DNA from: Lama glama
Taxonomy: Eukaryota
Assembly (NCBI GenBank): GCA_028534125.1
Contig: CM052830.1
Span: 14,508,001 to 14,572,000 of the forward strand
DNA length: 64,000 nt
Reading direction: 5' to 3'
Under the pieces are notes generated by a model. The model worked only from the letters and a program-made list of their open reading frames with translations, made no database searches and was not told the origin of the DNA. This document shows, one piece after another, positions 25,656 to 37,810 of this stretch. The position numbers were made by a program, and so were the translations under genes. Position 1 is the stretch's first letter. Every line of letters begins with the position of its first letter.

Positions 25656-28600
25656 ATGCGCATATGCTCACAGAGCCATAGGACAGAGAGGTGGCCAACC
25701 CAGGGCAAGTGCCCCAGAGACAGAGCCAATCCCCTACCCTGGGGATTTGGAACTGGGTTACCTAGAGACAAGGGTCAGTTGGTACAGGCACCAAAGTTCA
25801 GAGTCTTGAGAAGACCAGCCATGTTTCAGCAGAAGTGAGAAAGCCAGTCTGCGGGGGCGGGGGGGCAGATGCGCTGGGAGGCAGAGATGAGAGATCTCAT
25901 GTTCTGACAGACAGGTCATCATGCAGAGACAACGAAGGCCAGGGGACAGAGACCAGGCCACAGAGTGATGGAAGGACAAAGGCACAGAGACACAGTAAGA
26001 AGCAAAAGAGATGACAGAGCCAGAGGCATAGACTGAGAGACAAAGGGACTGGGAGATGGCACCCTGGCTCCCCACATGTCCCCAACCCCCAGCCTGGGTG
26101 CTTCCCGGCCTCTAAATCACCACTTTTTCTGTCCCTTTTGGCATAAACCCCAAATCTGGGTGACTCAGTCACCAGACAGTGCTTGGGACTGAAGGGAGCT
26201 GGGCTCCTATTTTGTGTCTGTTCTGGTAATTTACGGGTAGGGGGCATTCCGTGGGGATGCGAATTCGGCATGTCAGTCAGTCTAACAAAACTCGCTAAAT
26301 GTGTCTCTGTTCAGACGACGGTATTTTCCCCCTATCTCCAGTCATTAAGTCAACGCTGCTGTAGGAGTGACACTTAAGTGACTGGGTTGTTTTTTTTTTT
26401 GTCCCCAAGGTACAAAAAGTACTGCCTACTTTCTCACAGTGCATCAGCAGGGTGATGTGTCCAAGGTGAAGGTTCTGGAGCTTCAGAGAGCTGGGGACGC
26501 TGACCCAAGGGGGTTGTCCCCATGAAATAAAAACCCCGCAACGGCAGGTTTTGAGACTGTTCTGCCCACCAGCTTGTAGTGCACAGTAGGCACTCAATAA
26601 ATACACGTAAAAGACCGGACAAGGGGCGCACAGACGGGACTCGTGGATGTAACAGGGCCCAGGTGTGGGAGGATGGAGGGCAGGCCCGCAGAGGGCGCTC
26701 CACATGTGTCAGTACGGTGTCAGCTCTCCCCTTGCAGGTGTCCTTCAGGCTCTGCATTTCGCCAAGGGCCTGGGAGGCTGTTTCCCTGCGTTCCTGGGTC
26801 CCAGATTTCCTCTGATCGTCTTCCTGGCTTCAGGAGTCCTCTTCTCCTGATGGAGTTTGACAGTCATCTGATTTTGTTTTTTTTCTGCTTGAAATTTGGG
26901 AAAGTCTTTATTTTCCACCAAGTTTAGGAATTTCACCAGAATGTGCCTTAGGGTCGGTCGGGTTGGCTTTTCACTTTAATTGGCACCAGATGACCCATCT
27001 TAGTTCATTATAACAGCTTATTTAACAAATATTAAGGGCTTACTATTACTGTTTTAAGTTCTGGGTAGTGAAGGCAACAGAAAACTGTGTGAGAGAGAGG
27101 GAGAGAGGGAAAGTGGAAGAGAGAAAACAAGCAAGTTTTGATTATTGATCCTGTTCCATTGATTTATTTAGAAACTTCAGGGATGCCTCCCCCTCATCAT
27201 GTCTTCACACTTTATCCTAAAAGTCCTGCATTTCCCCCTGGCTTTCCTTTCATCTCCTCATTAATTTCCCCGATTTGCCACCTACGTTTCTCTTGCCAGT
27301 CTTGTCCAATAATCCAATCTCCTCTAATCCTATTAACCACAGCTTCCGGTGACACGCTAACGTGATGGGAGCACGCACCTGCCCTGCACTGTCCTTGTCT
27401 GATGGTCCTGAGAATAGGGAATAGCTGTCTTCTAAAATTTTCTTTCATTTCATGTGCGAGATCCTCTTCAGAGAAATAGGATAATCAGCACAATTTCACT
27501 GCTTTCTTCTTCACTCCTGTGCTCGAGGCTTTCTCACTGGGATCAGATTTGTTTTCTTCCCCTTCTATTCAGACTTCCTCGCAATTCATATGTTAATCCA
27601 ATAAGAGCAAGTAGATGGTTTTTTTTTAAATCACTAAATCTTGTAGTATATATGCATTCAAAATAGGGGAGAGAGAGGAAATTGGAGAGAGAGCAGGGGA
27701 GGGGAGGAGAGAGATTGATTTAAATAGCGCTGGAGATTCTGCCTCCCAGTCTACACAGAAAGCAGGTGCCTGTGATGAGCAGAGATGGGAGATGTCATGG
27801 GAACCTGTGGTTCCCTCCGTGGGAAGAGGGTCTCATGTGCCTCTTATATGCAAGCATCTCATCACGACCCTAATGTTTAAAGATGTTTTCCATATAAGAT
27901 CCATAAGGTAAACCAGCTACTTCCTCTGGTCCACAACCAGAGAAACAGCCATCAGTTCCCACTTTGAAGGGAACACTGGTTGACCTGGATTTTCTTTGGA
28001 TGGTACTATACGGTAGAGATACATATGGGTAATTTAAGAGATTTATAAGAGTAATTGACTATATGGGATAAATTCTTACATGGAGATTTTTGAATCCAGT
28101 CTTCAGCTGAGATGTGAACCAACTGTACTAGACATGTCAACCACAGTGTCTGGGATGCCAGAGCCCTTTCTGATGACCAAAGTGGGCAGACACCTCTCCC
28201 TGGAGCCCCCAGTTGAGAGGCCCCCTGACAATCTATGGCTTGGTACAAGTAGGCAACATAAGCCAATCAGATTCCCCCTCTCTGAAACCTGAAAATGAGA
28301 ATAGCCAAAGAAGGAGGCTGTTACCAGGGATGCTGAGGCTTGAAAGTCACACACATGGCCATCTCTGTGGTCCCCTGCTCGTCACACAGGTCAGCCCCAT
28401 CCACTGTGGGAGGGGACTCCATGGACACAATTCCCTAACTTAACATATATGGGTACCTAGGATGTGCCAGGCACTGTTCTAGGTTCTGAGGGTACAGAGA
28501 TGAACAAGGTTCCTGCTCTCCAGCACTTACCTGGAGCGCTGCTCAAGACCAGCAAGAAACAGATACATGAGCGAGATGGTCAGAGAACTGCAGAAAGCCC

Positions 28601-29877
28601 TGGGTTTTGGAGTGAAGCCATGAATTCTCTTTGCAAGCAGCCAGTTTCTTTTTGAGAGACAGCTCTCAGCTTTCTGTTGGGTTCTGTTGTTGTTTGTAGG
28701 ACTAAGTATGGCAGAACGGTTGATGATGCTGAGTAATTAAGGAGGTAAACTGGAGGATATATGTCACCAACACGTGCTTTGGCTTCCCTGAACCACGAAA
28801 CACTCTTTCTACATTTTAAGAATTCCCCGCCCGATGAACTCACACCCTCCCCATGGTGGAAGCCACAGGGAGCCATCTTTTTCCAGCCTTACGTGCAGAC
28901 AGGGCAGAGCACGTGACTTAAGACACCCCCAGTCAGAGGCACCTGCCTGAGGCTAAGTGACACAAAGAAGCAGGTGCCAAGGCAACTTCTCTGGAGAGGA
29001 TGATAGCAGATCCACCCGGCTCCCAGAGGCAGCAGCAGCCGGCATCCCAGTGATGGTGTCCATCTTCAAGTGCCCCCCCAGGGCAAACGGCAGTGTCAGT
29101 GCAGCAGGGGTTATCTGCCCAGGTGGCCTCCATGCCCGATTCTCTGCTTTCCTGGGGATTTTATGAGGTACCTATTACCTTTTAACAAATTCCTCTTCAG
29201 CTTAAAACAGCTAAAGAAGAGTCTGTTGCTTATAAACAAGAACTCTTGCTAGTACATGAGGGGAGAAGGGCAATAATCCAATAAATGAGATCATTTCAGA
29301 CAGAGGTCAGTGCTAGGAAGAAGTTAACACAGGTGATGTGAATGGGCATCTCCTAAGGGAACGGAGCATGACATTGGTACAGACTGCGCGTGTGTGAATA
29401 CATCATACCGGCAAACCATAACATGTCAGTCATGTATCATGGTTCCCATAGTATTTACAAATTTATAACAGTGAAGAGCAACCATACACACAAAAAAACC
29501 CCACAAAGTGAAGTGAGAGAGAGTGACAGGCTGGGGTAGGGGCTCTTTTTGATAAGGTATTCAGGCAAGCCTGTCTGAAGAGGTGACATTTGAACTGAGA
29601 TTTGAAAGATGAGCAGGAACCAGCCATGCAAAGATCTGGGTAAGGAAACTTCTAGGCAGAAGGAGCAGAAGATATAAAGGATGAACTTGAGAAGTTGAGG
29701 AACCGATGGAAGGCTGGCGTGTTTAGTGGATAAAGAAGGACATGATGAGATTGGACAGCAGGTAGGGGCCAGTTCACACCAGGCTTTGCAGGTCATGGCC
29801 AGGTGCTTGTATTTTATTCTAAGATACAAGAATAATGGCAGAAAGCCATTAGAGGGTCTTAGATAGGGAGTGATAAG

Positions 29878-30355
29878 GCACTGGTAGGCAGCTCTGAGAA
29901 TGCCCCCACGGATCCTCAGTTCCTGGCACATACACACTTGTGTAGTCCAGCCCACACAGGATACGGCTGATCAGTGTAACCACTAGGATGCTGCAGAAAT
30001 GAGTGTGTGCCTCCCAAGGCTGGGTCGTTAAAGGCACTGTGACTTTCCCTTGCTCTCTTGAGTCACTCCCTCTGGGGAAGCCGGCTGCCATGTTGTGACG
30101 ACACCCAAGCGGCCCTACAGAGAGACCCACTGATGAGTGAGACATCTTGGAGGAGATCCTTCAGTCTTGGTCAAGCCTTCACATGACTGCAACTCCAACC
30201 GACATCTTGGCTACAACTTCAGGAGAGACCCTGGGCCAGAACCACCAAACTAGGCAGCTCTGAATTCCTGACCCATGAGTGTGCATGATCATAAATGGTT
30301 GCTGTCCTAGGCCACCGAGTTTTGGGGTAATTTGCTACCTCTTTCCATTGATACA
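29878..30355 (+). mobile_element. MLT1E/F-type LTR, next to an L2 remnant (~29240-29870)
   Basis: ggtaggcagctctgagaatgcccc...ggagagaccctgggccagaaccacc...ttttggggtaatttg. Confidence 0.7.
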
Positions 30356-31076
30356 ACCAGTGTCTGTCCTGCTTGGCAGGTGCCCTGGCTTTAAGAGTTG
30401 TTATGTATCTTGAGTACGAGCTCTGAGTGAGCCCACGTGAGAGATGAGACCAGATGGTGGAGGCAGAGAGAAAGCAGCACCCTGGGGTAGGGGGCTGAGT
30501 CACGCTCTTTGGAGGAGGACAGAGTAAAGACCCACAGCTCAGCTCGGCTACAGTCTTGGCTTCTCCTTCGTCCAGAATGCTCTCCGGGATCCCATGTCTG
30601 TGTCGTCACTGTAAATGCCTCACGACTCTGGGTGATCCGGGTGAGCTCTCCTCCTTGTTCCACTTGGAGCAATTCCAGACCTGAGGTTGGAGGATTGGGC
30701 TGTTGTCCGAATTCCCTCTCCTGGGCTGGGCAGAGCTCTCAGCCCTGGGCACTAGTCAGCAGCAGAGGCTGCCTTCCCTCTGCCTCCTCTGTGCAGTTGT
30801 GGCCCCAGACTCCCGGCACAGCTGCTTCTCCAGCCGGGTGGGTTAGGGGCTGTGTGACGGGAATCCCTTCTTCATCTGTTCCCATTAGAAGGGGCTGGGT
30901 TATGTGGATTTTTCTGTTCTGGCTTTGCCTGACAGTTTATTGGGGTTGATTTTAAGGACATTTTAATGGGCTTTAGGGATAAGAGGCGCTGGTATTTCAG
31001 CTCACTCTGAATAACTTCCTGAAAATCAGACACACAGCATTTCCCCCTCTTTTTGGCATTACTTTAAAAAATACTA

Positions 31077-31230
31077 GCAACAAGGCTCTACTGTATAGCA
31101 CAGTGAATTATAGCCAGTATTTATAATAACCTTTAATGGAGTATAATCTGTAAAAATACTGAATTACTATGCTGTACACCTGAAATGAATACAATATTGT
31201 AACTCAACTATACTTCAATTAAAAAAAAAC
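31077..31230 (+). mobile_element. Short L1 3' end
   Basis: ctactgtatagcacag...ctatacttcaattaaaaaaaaa, flanked by aaatacta repeats. Confidence 0.85.
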
Positions 31231-32071
31231 CCAAATACTAAATAGAAAAAGTTCAAACAATACAAAAATATCAAAAGTGAACCCTCCTTACTCTTCCCAC
31301 TCTCTGATTATTTAGATTACCTTCAGGTTTTCTCTAATACAAACAGTTCTGTGATGAGCATACTTGTTCACACATCCACGTACTTTTGAGCAAGTGTTTC
31401 CTAGAAGTTCATCTGCATGTTTTACACACAGATGGGTTCTCCCAATGGTCCTTCAAAAGACTGTACCAGCACATAATGCCCACCGTATACAGAAGTACTC
31501 CTTTTCTTCCTGTCAACACTAGATGTTATCAGTTTTTAAATTTGCATTTCTCTGATCCCTAGTGAGCATAAATGTCATTTCTCAACCAGCGGCCATTTGA
31601 ATTTCTTCTCCTGTGAATTGCCTGTTCTTGTCCTTTGACCATTTATGTATTGGAATATAAAGCTTCATCCTTTGATATGAAGGGAGTCTTCATACTTTCA
31701 GGTTATTATGCATGTTGCACCTCGCGTCTGTCACTCGTCTTTTATCTTTGTTATGGTCTCTAGCCCTACAGAAGTCTTAAATCTTTATGAGGTCACACCT
31801 GTTCACTTTTCCCTTTAGGGCTTCTAGATTTTGTCTTGCTTAGGAAAGTTTTCCCCACGACAAGAAAATAAAAAAATTTTTTATCATATTTTCTTCCAGT
31901 ACCTTAAATATTCTGTTTGAAAGCTGATGTCAAATTGTCCTCCAGAAAGGTAGTACCAATTTACATCTCATCAGCACAGTGTATGAGCCCTATTTCCCTA
32001 CACCCTCCCCAGCCCCTTCAAATCTTTGCCAATAGTGAATATGTATCTTGTTGTCTTAATTAGTATTTCTT

Positions 32072-32395
32072 TCTTTTTTTTTTCTGAGTAAAGATAGATT
32101 TATTTAGGGAGATACATACTACATAGAGTGGGCTGTTTCAGAAGGCGAAAGGCCACGAGGTGTGGGGGTTGGGTGCTCAGGTTAAAGTAAAAGTAGATAC
32201 ACACTCCACAGACAGAGTGCGGGCTGTCTCCAAAGATGAGGGAGCGAGAGAGGCCACGAGGCGAGTGTTGCCAGTTTTTAGGGTCTTGGTATGTTCACAT
32301 GCCAACAAGTGGGTGGACCATTCCAGCTACCCTGGGGAAGGGGCTGGGATTCCCAGGAACTGGGCCACCACCCACTCTTTGACCTTTCATGGTTT
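32072..32395 (-). mobile_element. ERV1 LTR-like fragment ending in a poly(A) tail, inside an old minus-strand L1 (~31300-32600)
   Basis: On the minus strand AATAAA lies ~16 nt before an A-run. The LTR-like body has an internal duplicated block ending ggccacgagg. Confidence 0.55.
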
Positions 32396-32919
32396 TACTT
32401 AGCATTACGTTAATTGTGAGTGAGATCCAGAATATTTTCACATGAGTATTGGTTATTTGTGTTTCTTTTTCTGTGAACTGCCTGATGGTATCTTCACTCG
32501 GTTTTTCTGTTGGCTGTCAGTCTTTATCTGATTGATAAAGGGCTCATTGTTTATGAAGGAAATGAGCCCTGGGTCCCGCCCCTGTGTGGTAAATAAGTTC
32601 CCCCGGTTTGTCCTTATCTCTCTGCTGTCTGCTAGCAGCATCTATTGGCCAGCTGCTCGGTGCAGTGGGATGGGGGAGCAGCAAGCCCTCACCACACCCC
32701 ACCAGTCACCTTGTCAGCTGCCTAGGCTTCCCCTGCGCTTGGCACACCCCGAGAGCCAGCCCCTCCCTACACAGACATTCTCTTCCCAGCATTCAGATTT
32801 TCACCTTCAACTCAATCCTATTTTCCTTTCGCTCTTCAGCATCCTTTACGCCTCATAACTTTTGATGATGAGGATATACTTTTGTGGTTTCTAGCCCTAT
32901 GACAGATTTTTTTAAAATA

Positions 32920-33062
32920 TGTTTTTGTTTTTATTTATTTTTTGGGGGGGGCAATTAGGTTTATTTATTTATTTATTTATTTTTGATGGAGGTACTGGGA
33001 ATTGAACCCAGGACCTTGTGCATGCTAAGCACACACTCTACCACTGAGCTATGCCCTCCCTT
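32920..33062 (-). mobile_element. Vic-1-like SINE
   Basis: Conserved head and tail, flanked by aga-T-run-aa direct repeats. Confidence 0.9.
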
Positions 33063-33381
33063 CCTAGATTTTTTTTAATACATATTTTATTGCTCAAGTT
33101 AGAACAGGGCCTTTGGAACAGAACTCAAGCTGCCATATTCTCCATCATTAATTCTTACCTAATCATGTAACTGATTTTTTTGTTGTTGTTTCTTCTGGTT
33201 TTAAATTTTTATTTTCTTCAAGCTTTCAGGTCTAAGATCATTTGGTAAAATGATTATTTTACCAGAGACATTTTAACAAGCTTGCATTGGTGAGCCACAC
33301 TCTCATTCATGCAAACTAGAAGACCATAGGGACATTTTTGAATTGAAAAAAAAAATCCAACTTCTAGACCAGAGGCGGCTT

Positions 33382-33416
33382 GTGCTCGCTTCAGCAGCAC
33401 GTATACTAAAATTAGA
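33382..33416 (+). pseudogene. U6 snRNA 5' fragment (nt 1-35), tailless retropseudogene
   Basis: gtgctcgcttcagcagcacgtatactaaaattaga versus U6 GTGCTCGCTTCGGCAGCACATATACTAAAATTGGA (3 mismatches), with a 16-bp TSD. Confidence 0.88.
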
Positions 33417-36400
33417 CAAGAGGCAGCTGTCAGCCTGTCCTGGGCTGGGTGCCGGGCAACCGCGATCACCGGGAGGTGGGAGAACACAAGGGGGCGCACT
33501 TTGCAGGCCACAGCCCTGTCTCAGTAATAGTACAGTCTTAGGTGAGTCCTCCATATGCTCTTTTCCACGTTTGCTCCATCCTTGCCTTCTTCTTCTTTGG
33601 TCCTTTCAAAGTCTAATTCCCTCCCGCATCCTGCCCTCAACCATCCCTGCCTGTTTCCATGAATATCAGCCTCATTAAGATGGTCTCAACAAAGAGGACT
33701 TGGGGGTCAAACAAGTTTGAGCAACGCTGACTAACATGTCACCCTCTAGGAAGTAGGCTGGCACTTTAGAGCCTCTGGGAAGCCCTTCAGGGAAGACATT
33801 TCATCTCTGTGTGTGAGCAGCTGGTACCCCAGGCTTTTAGGAGCACTGATCTGTGCACCCCTTACGAGCGTCCTGCAGAACTAGCACTTGCCTGACCTTG
33901 CCATAGGGAGCGCTGGCTCTTAGGCCCCTGGGTGGGAAGCAATTAAACAGCACTGTTTGCAGTGGCTAGAGGTGTGTGTTGATGTAACAAGGGACGTTCC
34001 CCAGGGCCAGCCCTGAAGAGAGGAACTGATGGGTTTCACCAGCTCCCATTGCTACCGCCTGAGCCATGGGAGAAGGCAGAGTCAGCAACAGGGGCCCAGG
34101 TGGCAGCCCAGTCCCCCAGGCTGGGGCAGAAACAGAGCTGCAGAGATTCCCAGCTGCAGTGTGGAAAGGTCAGCCCTACAGGCTGGCAAACTGAAGCAAC
34201 CCTTTGCTCCAGGGGCTTTATGAGAAAGTTAGTGGGGCAGCCCACAGAATAACGGCCTCTTGGGGGTCGCAAGGGGAACTTCTCTCCAAAGAACTGCCCT
34301 TTAATGTGGCTTCGTTTCAGTGACACCCCCTCCCCACCTCCCCAGACGCTGTATCTCTTGCATTCAAGCTTTAAATTCCTGGGAGAAAACATCTGATTGG
34401 CCAAGTGGATCAAGCAAACATCCTCAGGGGACCCAGTCTGTGCTGGCCTGGCTTCTGGGATGGGAGGGCCCAGCAACCTCCATGGCTCCTCCTGCAACCA
34501 GGAACCCGGGCTCCTGGCAGCGTTTAGGGCTTGTTGGAGGGCAATGAAGACGCTGCAGAAAGCAATTAAGGAGCACTCCATACTTACAAGGCCAGGTTTT
34601 GAGCGGGTAAAGAATAAGCATCATCTTCTGAACTGGGACAGCCAGAGCACAGAGCAGATCCGTGTCTGGCCAAACTGTTGAGTTGCACCAGCTCCCCAGA
34701 GAAGAGAGGCAGAGGCTTCACAGGAGCCTTCTGTGCATCGGGAAAACTATGTTCTGTCCTCCTCTCAGAGTGTGGGCTTGGTCTTCTCAACAAATCCTTT
34801 TGTCGTGTTTCTGAGGTCTACCAATAAAGGATCCATTTAGTAAAAAGAATAACGATGAAAACGGGAGCTAACATTTAGGAAGTGCTCACCAGGGTCAAGC
34901 ACAACCCCGTGAGGCAAGTACCATCACCTCTACTTTTTCAGTTTGGGAAACAGAACCACACAGAGGCCACTGGCTTGCCCCCGCTTCACAGCTGGGAAGG
35001 GTGGAGACAGGTTTGAAGCCGGGTCTCTACAAGTCCAGAGCCCACGCACTGGGCCCCTAAACAGAAGTCGTCTAGGTCTTGTTCCTCTACGCGGGCTGAC
35101 CGTGCGTCCCTGTTTGTGCTGCTTGTTGCGGCACAGCTGTTAGCAGCGCCTCCTTTCACTCGCAGCAGCATCCTGGTTTGGGTGATACACGTTAGGGAAG
35201 CTAGGATGGACGGAACCAGGATTATCACAGCAAGATGCTGATGGTCAGAGTCTGGAAAACCCAGCCCACAGCTCCCCTCACTGTCCCAGAGTTCTGCGTA
35301 CCAGTGCTCCTCGTCCCAGGGCAGGTCTGCATTATGTTGGTGACATGGCCCTTACTGACCCTGGATACTTGGGCACTTTGCAAGGAAGTCTTTTGAGACT
35401 TCCATATCCCAAAGTTCTTTGTTTCTATTTGGACAGAGAGCTCAGCTTTCTCTCTGCTCCCACCTCCCTACATGTACTTACCAGGGTCTTGTCCCTGTTT
35501 TCATGCGTTAGCCTGACTCGGAAAGCAGCCGCTGTGGTCCCCGGTGTTCCAGGTTAGGGCTGCTGTGCCCTGAGTGTTTTCTCCAGCGGTGGGTGCCGAA
35601 GCTTAGGGCTTTTTAAACCTTTTTGTCCACACTTGCAGGTAAGTCCTGGAAGCAGAGGCCTAGGTGCTTCACTCGGACTGGGCCGGAGAGTGTGCAGATC
35701 GACAGAATGACACTAGGTGCCATCCGGGTAGGCACTGGGGAGTCAGAATTGAATGAGACACAGTCCTTTCTTCAAATTGGTCATAGGCCAGGGTGAGGGC
35801 AGACTCTGCAACAAAATCAGCCTTACAGTTAATAAGTAAAGTTGTGGACACAAAGTACAACTCAAGCACAAAAGAGGAAACGAATAGAGAAGGTACATGG
35901 GTCAACTATTGTCAACAATGCTGTATAACAAATGACTCCATAATTCAATAGCTTACTGTTATGATCATTTATTTCTGGCTCATGTGTCTGTACACTGACT
36001 GGAGCAGCCCTGCCAGTTTCAGCTGGGCCTGGGTAGACTGGCTCCTGGGCATGGGTTAGTTAGGCTGCGGTCTGCCTTGTCTTTCATTCTCCTGGAACCA
36101 CAGGGCTATGTTGGCGAATATATGCTCTTGGCAGTGGCAGAAGCGTGAGTGAGTAGGCTCTGCCACCAGCCCATGCCAAAGCTGTGCTCCAGGTCTTGTC
36201 TCCAAATATCTCAGTGGCCGAAGCAACTCACAGAGCCCATCCCAAGAGCAAAGGGGCCTGGAGGTATACTACTCCCAAAGTAGGAAGGCAGGTAAGTAAA
36301 TATTTGCCAAGCAAGAATCCAAACCTCACAAAAGACTTCACAGAGGAGGTGTCATATGACCTAGGTCTTGAAGGAGGAGTCGGATTTTTCCAGGTGAAGA

Positions 36401-37514
36401 TGGGACAAGGCACTGCTGTCTAAGGGATGAAATGTGTGCCTGGAGGCGGGGGGGGGGGCAGTGGCTGTCAAGGTAGTAGTGGTGGACTGGTCTTAGAGGC
36501 TCCCTGAGCCGTAAATTGGTCATGTCCTTTCTTTGGACACATTACTATCCAGGCCCCCCACCCCAGTCATTTTCTTTATTTGCAGTTTCTAAGACTTCAA
36601 TTTTGCGCCACCAAATACAAGTTGAAGACTCGGTTTTTAGCCAGGAGTCATACTGGAAAGTGTCAGTGCTTATCTCAACACTGGGGATTTATGCCAGTTT
36701 CTCTGGGCACAAACCAGGCAATTTTATAGCCCACCAACCCTCATGTCTGAGTTGAGGTCTCCATCTTTCTTCCCCCGCCCCACCCTGGCTGTGACCACCA
36801 CAGCCCTTCTTGAATAGACTTCCTGGGGACAACCGTCAAGGCAGATATGAGGTGAATCAAAATAAGGAACTTAGGAATGGAGGACTGGGAAACCCAGTCT
36901 AAAAAGACTGGCAGTGATCAGGGGACCCATGCATATGCAGAACTGGGGTCAAACAATGGTGGGAAGGATGGTGGCAGGACAGGATGCAAGTAGTACAAAC
37001 CTCGACAATGTAAAAAAAAGAACTCACCACATTTGGGAGGGGGGAGGGGATGGGAAGTGGGTGAGCTCATTTCCTTATCCTAAATCGCAGGCTGTCAAGA
37101 GCTGCCATCTACAGTTGAAACATATGTAAAGAATGAATTCAGCCTCTGGATATTTTTCTTTCCTTTTAATCATTTTTAGTTCGGCAATTTCTTTAGTTAC
37201 ATTTACGCTGCTGCTTCTTTTTCTTTTTCTTTCTGTTAAAGACTTTTCCCAAAAGAGCATGTACTGTGTGAGCCCTTTTTTGTAAAAAAATTTCATCCAT
37301 CTATCTGCCCCTTTCTCTGAATAGGTGTGTAGACACATGTTTCCATCGAAGTTTCTGGGGGAGCTGATTTTCCCGACCACTTGAAAATTTTCTTTTTCCT
37401 GCTCTTCGGTGTTACTTGAATTCCTTACAATGTGTATGCACTATTATTAGAAAAGCAAAGCTTTCTATAAAAATATATATGTTATATATATATTTACTTC
37501 TGGAAAAGAGAAAA

Positions 37515-37810
37515 TCCGCATTCGCCTCTCATGCTCCCTCCCCAAGCTGCAGGACCCGACGGGTCGGGACTGGTCCCGCAGGTCCCCGCGGTGCGGGGCG
37601 CCGTCCAGCCCCTCCGGGTCCAGCCGGTGGGGCCGGCGGGCGGGGCCGGGGAACCCGCTGGGCGGTCGGAGCGGGAGGGCGAGGCGGCGCCGCTTCCGGA
37701 GCTCGGCGGGCAGTTTTGAGCCTGAGAAGTTGGTGCTGCGGCGGGTGGGGAGGCCCGCTCGCGCTCAGGGGCTGTGCTGCCTGCGGAGCCGAGGGACTCT
37801 GCGCCTCTCT
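37515..37810. promoter_or_regulatory. CpG-island/promoter-like segment
   Basis: Very high GC and CpG density, GC-box gggcggggc, and ETS site cttccgg at 37693-37699. Confidence 0.75.

Noticed and set aside
27700-28270. Coding-looking sequence as a pseudogene or transposase
   Set aside because: It has multiple stops and no motif I could assign; a translated search would be needed.
1-37000. Exons of the syntenic neighbour BLM
   Set aside because: No BLM-like peptide or associated promoter was recognised, so the gene probably begins outside the window.
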